Shown: piece after piece, positions 8,432-18,215 of the stretch
How positions within the stretch are numbered: position 1 is the stretch's first letter
Layout of the letters: the number at the start of each line of letters is the position of its first letter
Origin: an uncultured virus (IMG/VR IMGVR_UViG_3300032135_000002)
Taxonomy: Duplodnaviria; Heunggongvirae; Uroviricota; Caudoviricetes
Virus record (IMG/VR): IMGVR_UViG_3300032135_000002
DNA length: 20,000 bases
Direction: 5' to 3' (one strand)
The notes under the pieces: model-generated
Database searches by the model: none
Told to the model about the DNA's origin: nothing
Seen by the model: the letters and a program-made list of their open reading frames with translations, nothing else
Made by a program: the position numbers and the translations under genes

Positions 8432-10234
8432 GTGAGCAAAATTACCGACAACTTGAGAAATAAAGCGCAGATGGCTAGGGATCGACTCCGTAATATGCGG
8501 TCGGGCACTGCGGCCAGCGGCGGAAATACTCCGGTGCGCCTTAACGGCCCGTCCACTACTACGGGCGTAGCGACTCAGCCCCGTGGGGCCTCCCCACTTG
8601 CGCAAGCAGGTTCCGGTGGTGCTGGCGGTGGCGGCTTACGCCCCCCGACAACAACTGCTTCTCCTACTCCACCGCCAAAAGGCGGCTTACCGACGTTTGT
8701 TAACGACACCACTACTGCTAAGAGTAAGTTAGGTCAGGTGGGTAAGGCGCTCGGTAAAGGCGGAATACTGCGTGGGTTGGGTCAGCTCGGCACCGTAGCC
8801 GCCGTTACCAGCATGGGTGTAGAAGCTGCTGAGAATGCTCGGCAAGAAGCTGGCACTGCGGACATGGCAGATCTGTTTGCTCGCGGTCGTGCTGGAAAGC
8901 TCGAGAATACAGGCCCCGGATACAGCGGCGGTGCGCCATTAGATCCTACCTTCGAAGATCTTGGTGACAAAGACGGTCTTGTCGCCCCCGGCCAAGCGCC
9001 TGAGTGGGCCCGTAACTTTCAGGCTGACCCGTTTACGTCTGGCTCAGTACCTCAGGCCGACCCCAATGCCTCAGACACCCCCCGTGCTAGGCAGCTTCGT
9101 CAGATGGGTGTGCCCCAAGAAGCTATCGACTCAGCACCTATTGAAGAGAATGACCGGCGCGCTGTGCTGGCCCCTGACGGTAGGGGCGTCGCTGGGCAGA
9201 CTTACAACTTAGGCAAGTTCGGCTCCCAAGACCCCAACGGTGATATCTTCGGCACTGCTGATGAGAACGGTCGGGTGAACAACTTCGCCGGCGTGGGCAC
9301 CCCCCGCACAAACGAGCAGCGCATGGCAGAAGGCCTACGGTCTGCGGGCCGTAACGAGCGGGCGCTTGAGATTGCTCAAGGGAACAACCGCCTACGTAGC
9401 GAGCAGATTAACGGCGTAGGGTACTCCGAAGAAGACCGGGCTAATCAGCGGGCTAATCAGCGAGAGCGGAACCTGCGCGCTGATCTTGATACCAGCACTC
9501 CTTCAGGACAACGGGCCCTGACCGCGGCTCTTGAAGGCGTAGAGACGCAGCGCTTGTCTGAGATCAACGGGCTACGCAGCAACGCCGCTGCTACTGAGCA
9601 GCAGACTATTGCCGGTAATGCGCAGCGTGATGTAGCTGGGATAAACGCCGCCGGCGATCTGCGTACCGAGCGGTTGAAACAGACCCAAGAAGGTATCCGC
9701 AGTCAGGCAAAAGCTACTGCAGACGCGGCCAAAGTTAAGCGGGAGCTTGGCGAAAAAGGCTGGGAGCGGTACAACAACACTGTCGACCGTATGTTCTCAG
9801 AGCCTGATGGTAATGGCGGGTATCAGACTAACAAGATAGAACAGGAGAAGTTCCGCACGTTTGTGGAATCCAGCGACCTTATACTGGGCAGCGAGGAGTT
9901 TACGAGTAAGCCTCCCCAAGCACAGGCCAACATCCTGCAAGACCTACGCCGTCTGCAAGAGATGGGTGTCAGGCTGAACGAAGCCAAGGGTCAAGATTTG
10001 GAGGGCGTGGACCCGGTTACCATGATCCGTGAGGCTACGTGGGAGGATGCCACCGGTGTTTTCTCAGACGATGGTATATCGTACTTCGACTACCTATACT
10101 CCAACCTGCTGGCTACTGATAACCAGTTGGTAGAGACCCAGAGCGGTAAGAAGATCCTGCGCTCAGATCTGAACCCAGACAGTAACGCGGAAGTTACCCG
10201 GCTTATGAATCCCGGCACGTTACGCAACCAGTAA
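8432..10234 (+). CDS. Putative internal virion (ejection) protein, 600 aa
   Basis: Strong SD. Disordered Gly/Pro/Thr-rich N-terminus, an amphipathic Gly-rich segment GQVGKALGKGGILRGLGQLGTVAAVTSMGV and a coiled-coil-like middle. No Cys. Lies directly upstream of the giant protein, as podovirus ejection genes typically do. Confidence 0.6.
   Translation: MSKITDNLRNKAQMARDRLRNMRSGTAASGGNTPVRLNGPSTTTGVATQPRGASPLAQAGSGGAGGGGLRPPTTTASPTPPPKGGLPTFVNDTTTAKSKLGQVGKALGKGGILRGLGQLGTVAAVTSMGVEAAENARQEAGTADMADLFARGRAGKLENTGPGYSGGAPLDPTFEDLGDKDGLVAPGQAPEWARNFQADPFTSGSVPQADPNASDTPRARQLRQMGVPQEAIDSAPIEENDRRAVLAPDGRGVAGQTYNLGKFGSQDPNGDIFGTADENGRVNNFAGVGTPRTNEQRMAEGLRSAGRNERALEIAQGNNRLRSEQINGVGYSEEDRANQRANQRERNLRADLDTSTPSGQRALTAALEGVETQRLSEINGLRSNAAATEQQTIAGNAQRDVAGINAAGDLRTERLKQTQEGIRSQAKATADAAKVKRELGEKGWERYNNTVDRMFSEPDGNGGYQTNKIEQEKFRTFVESSDLILGSEEFTSKPPQAQANILQDLRRLQEMGVRLNEAKGQDLEGVDPVTMIREATWEDATGVFSDDGISYFDYLYSNLLATDNQLVETQSGKKILRSDLNPDSNAEVTRLMNPGTLRNQ
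9437..9462 (+). repeat. In-frame 12-bp tandem duplication (CGGGCTAATCAG x2, encoding RANQ-RANQ)
   Basis: Exact copies at 9437-9448 and 9449-9460, followed by CG. Confidence 0.9.
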
Positions 10235-10244
10235 GGTATACACA

Positions 10245-13200
10245 ATGGCTCAAAGACGTGAGAGCAGGCTTTCAGGACTACGCACTGGTGGGAACCGTCT
10301 AGCAGGGCTTTCAGCCACTGAGGTGCTCACGCCTGAAGAGCGGTATGACGTACAGAACCCGAACGACAACCAGTTCTTTAAAGGCCTGCGCACTGCTTCG
10401 GCCAACATCTCTACTGGAGCGTTGCGTAACGAGCAGCTTGATGCTGAGTTGTCTGGTGACACAGAAGCAGAGGATATAGCTCGCCGAGGCGCTGAGCGTA
10501 TCGAACGTGACCGCGGCATGTACGCGCCTAGAGTAAATTCCCTGCGGGATATCAACAACGCTGGGGATGCTGGCGACTACGTAGCTAGTTCGTTTGGCCA
10601 AGGTCTAGGTTCCATGGCGCCATCTGTTGCCGCAGCTCTGGCCACCCGCGGTCTGGTAAAATCCCCGCTGGCTACGTTCACGTCCGCCGGCGCTGCTTCT
10701 TATCCTCAGGTTAGGGGCGAGGTGGTTTCCGAGCAGTACAACGACCCTATTCTCGCAGCGGCCAGCGCAGAAGACCGCGACACTATAGCCACCCGCGTGG
10801 GTCTGGCAGGCTCAGCACTTGAAGCCGTCGTACCCACCGCGCTGTCCAGAACTCTGCTTCGTGGCCCCGCCGGCGAAGGTATCCGCGGCACTGCTCGTAC
10901 GGCAGGACGGAACCTTGTTACTGAGGGCTCTACAGAAACGGCTCAGACTGAGGCACAGTTCTTGGGTGCCCGGGCGCTCGACTCTACCCGCGAACGCGAC
11001 CCGATGGCTTATGCTGACGCCTTCGCTGCTGGTGCCATTACTGGCGGCGGTACCTCTGTCGGTGCCAGCGCTGTACGCCCAACACTCGGAGCTGCTCGTG
11101 ACGTAGCCGGCGCCGTGGCCCGCCCAATCGCTGACGGCCTAGGTGCATTGTCTTCGCGCAAAGGGCCTACGCGCCCGAACGACACCGGACCGGTTGACGT
11201 CAGCGGCGACCCTACACAAGAGGCACCGACGGCTGAAGACAGCGTGTTCTACGAAGCTAAGCCCGAAGATCTGGCCGACGAGATCATGGCCGGTGATTCT
11301 GACCCCAGTCTGGTAGGCGCTACGCGGGAAGAGACTGCTGCGAACATGGACGCGTCAGAAGAGCGCCGAGTGCTCGGTGCCCAGCGCCTGAAAAATGAGA
11401 TCTTAGCGCGTACTGACATTCCCGAAAACGTGAAAGCACAGATCCGTGAGTCTGGCAGCGTCACAGACCCCGCAGTGCAGAAGCGCATCGCTGAGACTTA
11501 CAGGAAAGCCAACGCGCTCCGTGATCTGGGTGACGCGCTACCAGACGAAGACGCTACGGTTGCTGACTTTACAGAAATGAAAGACGGCGGCGTTAAGAGG
11601 AAGAACCTGCAGAACATGCAGACAACTAAAATGCCTCAGCTGGTTAATACTCTGGCGCGAGCACTCGGCCCTCAAGCTGATCAAGCACCAAAGATAGCCC
11701 GACAGCTTACGGCTCTTGCCGCGCGCTTAGACCAGAGTTCTCTGGACGCAGACACCGTCGAGGCTCTGACGCGTACTCGCGACGCGCTCGGCGGGCTGGA
11801 CACTACTGGCGCTATCCAAGAAGTTTTGTCAGCGTCACTGCCCGCTCTGGCTAAAGGCATGGAGGCTATTCAGGCTATCCCGTCCGCCTTGTCCGACGTG
11901 CGTGGCAGCGAGGGTCAAAGCTTCTTGGAGTCCATGATGCCTCGGCGCTTGCCGCGCAGCGTAACCAACACGGTCGCTCGGTTCATTGACGACAACGCTG
12001 CTGGCTATCCAAACATGGAAGGCGGGCGTCGCGACCGCGTGCTCAATACGATGACTCAGGCCTTCGGGTCACCTGAGCGCGCTGAGATCGTGATGGATTA
12101 TTACGGAGAGCTGCGTCGCCAGTCTGCTAAGGACGAAGCTGACCGCGCCATGAATGACGGCGAAGAAGCCATCGCGACTCAGGACGACCAGACTATTCGC
12201 GGCGAGCCTGTAACAGAAGGCACGCTCCAAGAAGGTATGGATAGCGACTACGAAGGGTTGGACCCGGGCTATGATGAGGGCGACGCCGAGCCAGACGCTG
12301 TGGAATCTCGGGACGTAGAAGCTGAGAACCAAGGTATTCAGCAGACCACCGAGGATATCCTTAACCGTCCAGAATACGTGTTCCAGAAAGGAGACGAGCC
12401 GTTCCGTGCTTTCGAAGGCAGCGAGCTGAGCAACAAGCGCGTGCAGTCCATTGCTTCTGCCGAGGCTTCCAAGCGCCGTGGTACTGAGGTGGCTGATACT
12501 CAAACGATCACCATGAACCAGTACGTTGAGGAGACTGGTGGTTCACCAGAAACCGAGTATCAGAAAATCTCCAAGCGACTGGACGACAGAATCAGCAGCT
12601 TGGCGGGTAGATCTAACCTATCCAAGATCGACCGTGACCGGCTAAACGAACGGCGTGGTGAGCGCGCGCTTATCGATAAGCTGTACGAAGAAGGCGGTGC
12701 CGCCGCAGTGCTCGAACAGTTCCAAGTGATTAAAGTTCAGAACGCTTCGCCAGACGATTCTCGCGCTTCGGACGCAGAGCTTGGTTCTATGCGCACGATG
12801 CTGAACCGCGAACCTAACATCAAGGAGCTTACTCGCCGGCTGAACACAGCTCTCAGAGAGAACAGAATATCTCAGCAGGAGGTGGACAAGCAGCTTGGTG
12901 AAGCAGTGGAACGCAGAGACAAGATCCGGCAGACCCGTATCACGTTCGAGATGGCCGACGGCACGACTACGCCTCTATCGGCAGAGTCTATGTGGAAGAC
13001 TATCGCAGCGAAGACCGAATCACGTCAGAACGAGCGCGAAGACGTACGCCTGCGCCGACTGTTCCACGAAGCTGTAGCGCTGGTGCTTAACCGCCCAGAC
13101 GTTGTCGGCATTAAAAAGACAACTGAGAAACAGGTCCGTAGAAGCGAGAACCCTAACACTCCGCCGAACACCGCGCCTGAACAGATAATCCGCGAGCTGC

Positions 13201-16200
13201 CACGCGTACGCTTGCAGGTAGACGGTAAGTTATTTAACCGTCCGGAGCCTAACCCAAGCTATCGTGCGCAGGTTCGAGAGACTCTGGAAAATGGCCGTTT
13301 CAGCCTTAGCCAGCTAAAAGCTACGATGGACGATCTGGTTGACCAGTACTGGGCGGCAGACGATAAAGTCCGCGAAGCTCCTACGTCGAACGTAGATGTT
13401 CCGCCTATAGACCCAGAGAATCCTACAGTCGAGGGCCCAACGCGCAAGACTGTCCTGCTGCCGAGTGGTAAAAACTTCGACAAGTACGACAGCCGCAAGG
13501 AAGAAATTAAGGGTGAGCTCGATGAGCGGATCGACAAGACCCAGCGTCTGCTCGATAACGCTATGGTTGAGAGTAAGCGCCGTAGTGCCGGGTTCGAAGA
13601 AAATATGTCCCCAGCAGAAAAGTCGGCTGAGGCTAAGCGCAAAGCAAAAGCGCAAGCGGACAACCCGCTCATTGATAACATCCCGTCGCAGGCTTACAAC
13701 CGTGAGCGTCTGCGTTTGATGCGCGATGCGCGCAACGCTATGAAAGAAGCCGACGACGTCGAAACTGTGCTGAACTTGCTGGATGATCGCCTAGAAGTCG
13801 GCGACCCTGATTCCAAAGTTCCAGACACAAAGCCGGTGAACAACGGCACCCCGCAGGACCTGAACAAGCAGGGGCGCGACCGGTACGAGACTGGCAACCA
13901 TCTGTTCGAGCAGGACCCAAAAAAGAACCAACGCACCCGTAAAGGAGTGCAGGACGAAATCAACAAGGTCGAGAAGTCGCTGGAGCGCACCGAAGATCCA
14001 GCGAAGCGCCAGTCTATGCTGGACACACATACTGACCTGTTGAACGAGCTGTACTCTATACCTAAGCAGGCAGAACCGGTCGGCCAACCAGCCAGCAAGC
14101 TCAATCGTGAGCGCGTAAAACCCGGCGCCATGGGCGTAGAGTCTGGGCTCGACGTGCTGCGTGCTGTTCGCGGCAACCGGCCAGTTAAAACTCAGGAGCC
14201 ATACCTGCAGCGCATCGTAGCCAATAAAGGCTACCGGGAAATTGCACCGGGCCTTTGGGCACCGCCCGAAGATTCTGGCACTGATATCAAGCCCGCTATG
14301 CGCATGCTTAGCGATAAGTCCTTAGAGGCTTTGTACAACGTCGCGGTCGAGGGCAACCTCGCACGTCTGGACAGCGCGAACAAGAAAGCTGCGTTTGACG
14401 CTATGTCTGACGTTGCTAAAGAAATGCTCGGCGCTATCCCCGAAGCTGGCCGCACTGAGAAACAAGCAGAGCTGCTGTCAGCGTTGAACAAAACTGCGCG
14501 CCAAGTCAGCAACGGTGGGAAACGCATCGTCCGTAATACGTTCATCGGCGAAGTGGCTGATCCCGAAGGAGCCAAGAAAGCAATCGAAGCCCTTAACGCC
14601 GGTATCGAAGCGGGCATGGTCTGGAACCAACACGGATGGTTCAACGGCCCTGACGGCAAGATGCGTAGGGAGTTCGATGACGCCTCCATTGCCGACGCAC
14701 TAAAAGCTGTGTTGAAGCGGACAAATGGCCCGGATGCCCGAGCCTTAGAGGAATCGCTTTATAGTAACGGCGAACAAACCGACCCGACTGTAGACCAGCT
14801 CGTAGCTACTGGGACCATCCCATTAACAGTGATCCTTGACGGGATAGGTAGTCAGGAGCTAGCCAACGTGTTTGGGTACACGCTCGGCTCATTATCAGAT
14901 ACAGGCGCAAGCAACAGCATAGATGATTTCGGTGCCATAATGATTTCACCTTTCCGCGAAGAAGCGGATGCTGAAAAAATGCAGCATGCAGGGTCATTTA
15001 ACAACTCGACAAAAATACTGGAGGTAAACCCTGCTGCTTCTGCGATGTCTGAACTTCCAGATAATGTAGTGAATGAAATTATAAATAACGCCACTGGTGC
15101 TAACCCTAGCGCCAACGCGAAAAAGTTCACTCTTTTTTTGAAAGGTGAGAGCTCACTTACCCAGATTGAGGCGGTAGAGCTATTAGCAAAAATGGCTACC
15201 GAAGCAGGGTACAAGACCTCGACATACAACCTGTTTGTCGACGGTGTCACCTCTACGTTCCTGCATGAGTTTCAGCACGCCATTCAAGCTGCTGAGGGCT
15301 TCGATGGTGGCGGCAACCCTCTCTCCGGCCTAATTCTTAGATACACTGACTACACTCTGGACGACATGCTGGCCGACGATGCAAATATGTCGAGCATGCA
15401 GGCCGAAGCGTTTTCTAACGCGCGTAGGGCGGGTGGCCCTGATGCGGACATAGAGAAGCTGGCTTTTGAGGCCTACCAAGATCTTGTAGGCGAGATTGAA
15501 GCTCGCGACGTCGAAGAACGCAAAAACATGACTAGCGGAGAGCGAAAAGCCGCTTTGCCCGAGCTTATGACCCGCGAGGATTTTGTTCGCTCGCCCATAA
15601 GCATTAACAACCAAGCCCGTATCAGCGAGTTCGTTCGCTCGTTTAAGAAGAGCAACATGAACCCTCGCCGCGGTCGCCCAAGAAACTGGAGCCAAGCTGA
15701 GAAGCAAGAGCTCATCGATGAGATTCGCCGGATACGTGGCGAAGACGTGCGCGTGTCTTTCGAGACGTTTGCAGAAATCGGTGCTTCCGGCGAGTTCTCT
15801 ATGGACGAGGACCACCAGAACCGTTTGATTCGTCTTGCGGTTAACGCCGGTGATATGAAGTCCGTCGCGTGGCACGAGTCGCTGCACGACTTCTTCCACA
15901 ACATGGGCACATCTCCAGAAGCTCGTAAGCTCAAGGCTTCTTTGTTGGCGTCGTCTAACCGCCCGGTGATTAAAGCCGAACTGCGCAAGCTACTCGCGAA
16001 GCACCCCAACGCACTGAAACAGATCGAGGGCCGTTCGCCCGAGGCTTCCGAAGAGCGTCTGGCATACATGTTCCAGTTTTGGGCCGAGGGCAAGCTGGAC
16101 ATAGACACCGTTGGCGAGAACATCTTCCAGCGGCTGGCCCAGCTTATCCGCGAACTGATGGGCACTGTCAGCGCTGACCAAAAAGTCGCGATGGTCATGG

Positions 16201-18200
16201 CAGCTCTGCACGAAGGTGCACTGACCAACCCGAACATCGTAGCCGAGGTCATGGCGGAACGTGGCCAGACCATGGAAGAGAAGATGGAGCAGCACCTCCC
16301 GTTCTTGAGAAAGAGCCGGGACGTAGTGCTGGGCGGCGCGACCGACAGGCTGCGTGATACCGGGCTACCTGCTCTGATCGAGATCGCAGACGCCCTGCAC
16401 CAAGAAGCTGAGTTCGAAGACAGCCAGTTGCCGTTCCTGCAGCGCCGGTTCATGCGCGAAGGCCAGTGGTCCAACCGCATGGAGAATATCTTCGACGGCT
16501 CCACGACTGCTCAGCGCAAGACGGCTATTAAGAACTTTCAGTCGATGACACCGGTGACTGAAGCTTCAAGCCAGATCGAAAAGGATCTGGAGCAGTTCTT
16601 TATAGAGATTCGCAAGTACATGATCGACTCAGGCGTGATGAACAAGAACAAGGACGGTGCATGGGTGCCTATGGGTGAAGTGAAGAACTACTTCCCTCGG
16701 GTGTTCGACCGCTCAGCGATTCTTAACGACCGCGAAGGTTTCCGCCAGTTGCTGATCCGTGACAACGTCTGGCCCCGCGAGGCAGATGCAATCATCCGTG
16801 CGTTGACTCAAGGCGATGGGCGCTTGGAGCTGGCTGAAAACGAGCACCATCTAGGCTTCACACCCTTTGCTGCTTCGGTGCAGAACCGCCAGTTGACGTT
16901 CATCAAAGAAGACAACGCCGCTGACTACGCCAAGTACCAGTCTCAGGACATGGCCGATATTATGATGGGCTATGTTAAGCAGGCAGTCCATCGTGCTGAG
17001 TACGCCAAGGACTTCGGCAATGACGGTAAGTGGATTTCTGACAAGCTGGCCGAAGCTGGGCGCCAAGGGGCTACCGCCGAGGAACTGAAAGCAGCCAACA
17101 AACAGGTTCAGGCTCTTGAGGGTACGCTTGGCCACGACATGAACCCGCGCATGAAAGAATACATGTCCATGGCGATGACCTACCAGAACGTGATCCTGTT
17201 GCCGCTGGCGATATTCTCACAGATGGTAGACAGCCTCGGACTTGGCGTGCGCACCGGCAGCTTGAAAGAAGCAGGCTCAGGATACACGCGTGCGCTGAAA
17301 GACTTGAAGCGGGCCATTACCCGGGACAAGACCTACGACTACGACCGCGAGCTGGCTGAGATGTTGGGTGTTATCAGCAAGGACAACATGCTGGAAGCCA
17401 TGGGTCAGACCTACGGCAGCATGTATATGTCCCGTAGTGCGCGGAACATCAACCGGGCGTTCTTCAAATACAACGGCATGCAGGGCTGGAACAATTCCAT
17501 GCGCATAGCGGCTACGGTCGCCGGCGAGCGCTACATGCTGCAGCACACAGCGGACAGCCGCCGGATGGAAGAGCTCGGCGTGAAGCCCGTGGACATTAAG
17601 CCCGGACCTGATGGCCGGCTGGCTATTACAGCCGACCAGTTTGTGGAACGCGGCATGACCCGGGCCAAAGCCGAGCAGTCCTCCGAGCGGGTGCAGCAGG
17701 CGCTGTTCAAGTTCGTAGACGGCGCGGTCATCCGTCCTAACGCTGCGCACCGGGCAGTATGGATGAGTGACCCGCGCTTCATGCTGATCGCCCACTTGAA
17801 GCAGTTCGCCTTCTCGTTCCAGAGTGTGATTCTGCGTCGCGCCACACACGAATCCGAGAACGAGAACATCAAGCCCATGCTCATGCTGGGCATGTACGTG
17901 CCGGTGATGTTTGCAGCGGACATGGCTAAGTGGACTCTGACCGGCTCGGTACCACCAGACTGGACTTTTTACGATCACTTCATGCACTCGGTGACACGCT
18001 CTGGGCTCTTGGGTAAGAGCGAGTTCTACAACGAAGCGTTTGGTGACGCAGCACGCGGTAACATTCCGGGGCAGTCGTTTGTTCTAGGCCCCACCGGCGA
18101 ACATGCCGCGGAACTGATGAACTTTGCTGCCGGCGACCCTCGCATAGATACCGAGGACGTGTTCGACCGGTCAGTCCCCGGCGCGAGGTACTTCGAATAA
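10245..18200 (+). CDS. Giant polyvalent/internal virion protein with an LPD23-like domain and two zincin-like HExxH metallopeptidase modules, 2651 aa
   Basis: SD TAAGGT upstream. Motifs: GWFNGPDGKMRREFDD (14634-14681, LPD23-like); FLHEFQHAIQAAEGFDGGG (H at 15264) with YQDLVGEIEARDVEER (15474-15521); AWHESLHDFF (H at 15873) with EERLAYMF (16050). Gly/Ala hydrophobic N-terminal region with EGSTETAQ. Helical C-terminal domain from NYFPRVFD (16686). Confidence 0.8.
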   Translation: MAQRRESRLSGLRTGGNRLAGLSATEVLTPEERYDVQNPNDNQFFKGLRTASANISTGALRNEQLDAELSGDTEAEDIARRGAERIERDRGMYAPRVNSLRDINNAGDAGDYVASSFGQGLGSMAPSVAAALATRGLVKSPLATFTSAGAASYPQVRGEVVSEQYNDPILAAASAEDRDTIATRVGLAGSALEAVVPTALSRTLLRGPAGEGIRGTARTAGRNLVTEGSTETAQTEAQFLGARALDSTRERDPMAYADAFAAGAITGGGTSVGASAVRPTLGAARDVAGAVARPIADGLGALSSRKGPTRPNDTGPVDVSGDPTQEAPTAEDSVFYEAKPEDLADEIMAGDSDPSLVGATREETAANMDASEERRVLGAQRLKNEILARTDIPENVKAQIRESGSVTDPAVQKRIAETYRKANALRDLGDALPDEDATVADFTEMKDGGVKRKNLQNMQTTKMPQLVNTLARALGPQADQAPKIARQLTALAARLDQSSLDADTVEALTRTRDALGGLDTTGAIQEVLSASLPALAKGMEAIQAIPSALSDVRGSEGQSFLESMMPRRLPRSVTNTVARFIDDNAAGYPNMEGGRRDRVLNTMTQAFGSPERAEIVMDYYGELRRQSAKDEADRAMNDGEEAIATQDDQTIRGEPVTEGTLQEGMDSDYEGLDPGYDEGDAEPDAVESRDVEAENQGIQQTTEDILNRPEYVFQKGDEPFRAFEGSELSNKRVQSIASAEASKRRGTEVADTQTITMNQYVEETGGSPETEYQKISKRLDDRISSLAGRSNLSKIDRDRLNERRGERALIDKLYEEGGAAAVLEQFQVIKVQNASPDDSRASDAELGSMRTMLNREPNIKELTRRLNTALRENRISQQEVDKQLGEAVERRDKIRQTRITFEMADGTTTPLSAESMWKTIAAKTESRQNEREDVRLRRLFHEAVALVLNRPDVVGIKKTTEKQVRRSENPNTPPNTAPEQIIRELPRVRLQVDGKLFNRPEPNPSYRAQVRETLENGRFSLSQLKATMDDLVDQYWAADDKVREAPTSNVDVPPIDPENPTVEGPTRKTVLLPSGKNFDKYDSRKEEIKGELDERIDKTQRLLDNAMVESKRRSAGFEENMSPAEKSAEAKRKAKAQADNPLIDNIPSQAYNRERLRLMRDARNAMKEADDVETVLNLLDDRLEVGDPDSKVPDTKPVNNGTPQDLNKQGRDRYETGNHLFEQDPKKNQRTRKGVQDEINKVEKSLERTEDPAKRQSMLDTHTDLLNELYSIPKQAEPVGQPASKLNRERVKPGAMGVESGLDVLRAVRGNRPVKTQEPYLQRIVANKGYREIAPGLWAPPEDSGTDIKPAMRMLSDKSLEALYNVAVEGNLARLDSANKKAAFDAMSDVAKEMLGAIPEAGRTEKQAELLSALNKTARQVSNGGKRIVRNTFIGEVADPEGAKKAIEALNAGIEAGMVWNQHGWFNGPDGKMRREFDDASIADALKAVLKRTNGPDARALEESLYSNGEQTDPTVDQLVATGTIPLTVILDGIGSQELANVFGYTLGSLSDTGASNSIDDFGAIMISPFREEADAEKMQHAGSFNNSTKILEVNPAASAMSELPDNVVNEIINNATGANPSANAKKFTLFLKGESSLTQIEAVELLAKMATEAGYKTSTYNLFVDGVTSTFLHEFQHAIQAAEGFDGGGNPLSGLILRYTDYTLDDMLADDANMSSMQAEAFSNARRAGGPDADIEKLAFEAYQDLVGEIEARDVEERKNMTSGERKAALPELMTREDFVRSPISINNQARISEFVRSFKKSNMNPRRGRPRNWSQAEKQELIDEIRRIRGEDVRVSFETFAEIGASGEFSMDEDHQNRLIRLAVNAGDMKSVAWHESLHDFFHNMGTSPEARKLKASLLASSNRPVIKAELRKLLAKHPNALKQIEGRSPEASEERLAYMFQFWAEGKLDIDTVGENIFQRLAQLIRELMGTVSADQKVAMVMAALHEGALTNPNIVAEVMAERGQTMEEKMEQHLPFLRKSRDVVLGGATDRLRDTGLPALIEIADALHQEAEFEDSQLPFLQRRFMREGQWSNRMENIFDGSTTAQRKTAIKNFQSMTPVTEASSQIEKDLEQFFIEIRKYMIDSGVMNKNKDGAWVPMGEVKNYFPRVFDRSAILNDREGFRQLLIRDNVWPREADAIIRALTQGDGRLELAENEHHLGFTPFAASVQNRQLTFIKEDNAADYAKYQSQDMADIMMGYVKQAVHRAEYAKDFGNDGKWISDKLAEAGRQGATAEELKAANKQVQALEGTLGHDMNPRMKEYMSMAMTYQNVILLPLAIFSQMVDSLGLGVRTGSLKEAGSGYTRALKDLKRAITRDKTYDYDRELAEMLGVISKDNMLEAMGQTYGSMYMSRSARNINRAFFKYNGMQGWNNSMRIAATVAGERYMLQHTADSRRMEELGVKPVDIKPGPDGRLAITADQFVERGMTRAKAEQSSERVQQALFKFVDGAVIRPNAAHRAVWMSDPRFMLIAHLKQFAFSFQSVILRRATHESENENIKPMLMLGMYVPVMFAADMAKWTLTGSVPPDWTFYDHFMHSVTRSGLLGKSEFYNEAFGDAARGNIPGQSFVLGPTGEHAAELMNFAAGDPRIDTEDVFDRSVPGARYFE

Positions 18201-18206
18201 AACAAA

Positions 18207-18215
18207 TGGTATAGT
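18207..18215 (+). promoter_or_regulatory. Possible extended -10 sigma70 promoter (TGgTATAGT)
   Basis: TG-n-TATAGT lies in the 49-bp gap upstream of the lipoprotein gene. No good -35 element. Confidence 0.35.

Noticed and set aside
8312..8605. Minus-strand 97-aa ORF ending in GLLGLLGLLG
   Set aside because: The peptide repeat is only the translation of the 9-bp DNA repeat, and the ORF overlaps the 8432 gene in antisense.
15473..16504. 343-aa minus-strand ORF and other long antisense ORFs (e.g. 1671-2312, 17277-17987, 17980-18804)
   Set aside because: They lie opposite well-supported + strand genes, are Ser/Arg-rich or otherwise atypical, and show no motifs. Such shadow ORFs are expected in GC-rich coding DNA.
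10245..18200. Virion RNA polymerase (N4-like), DarB methylase-helicase or tape measure identity
   Set aside because: I found no polymerase catalytic motifs, no SAM-binding/NPPY or Walker/DExx helicase motifs, and no tape-measure periodicity.
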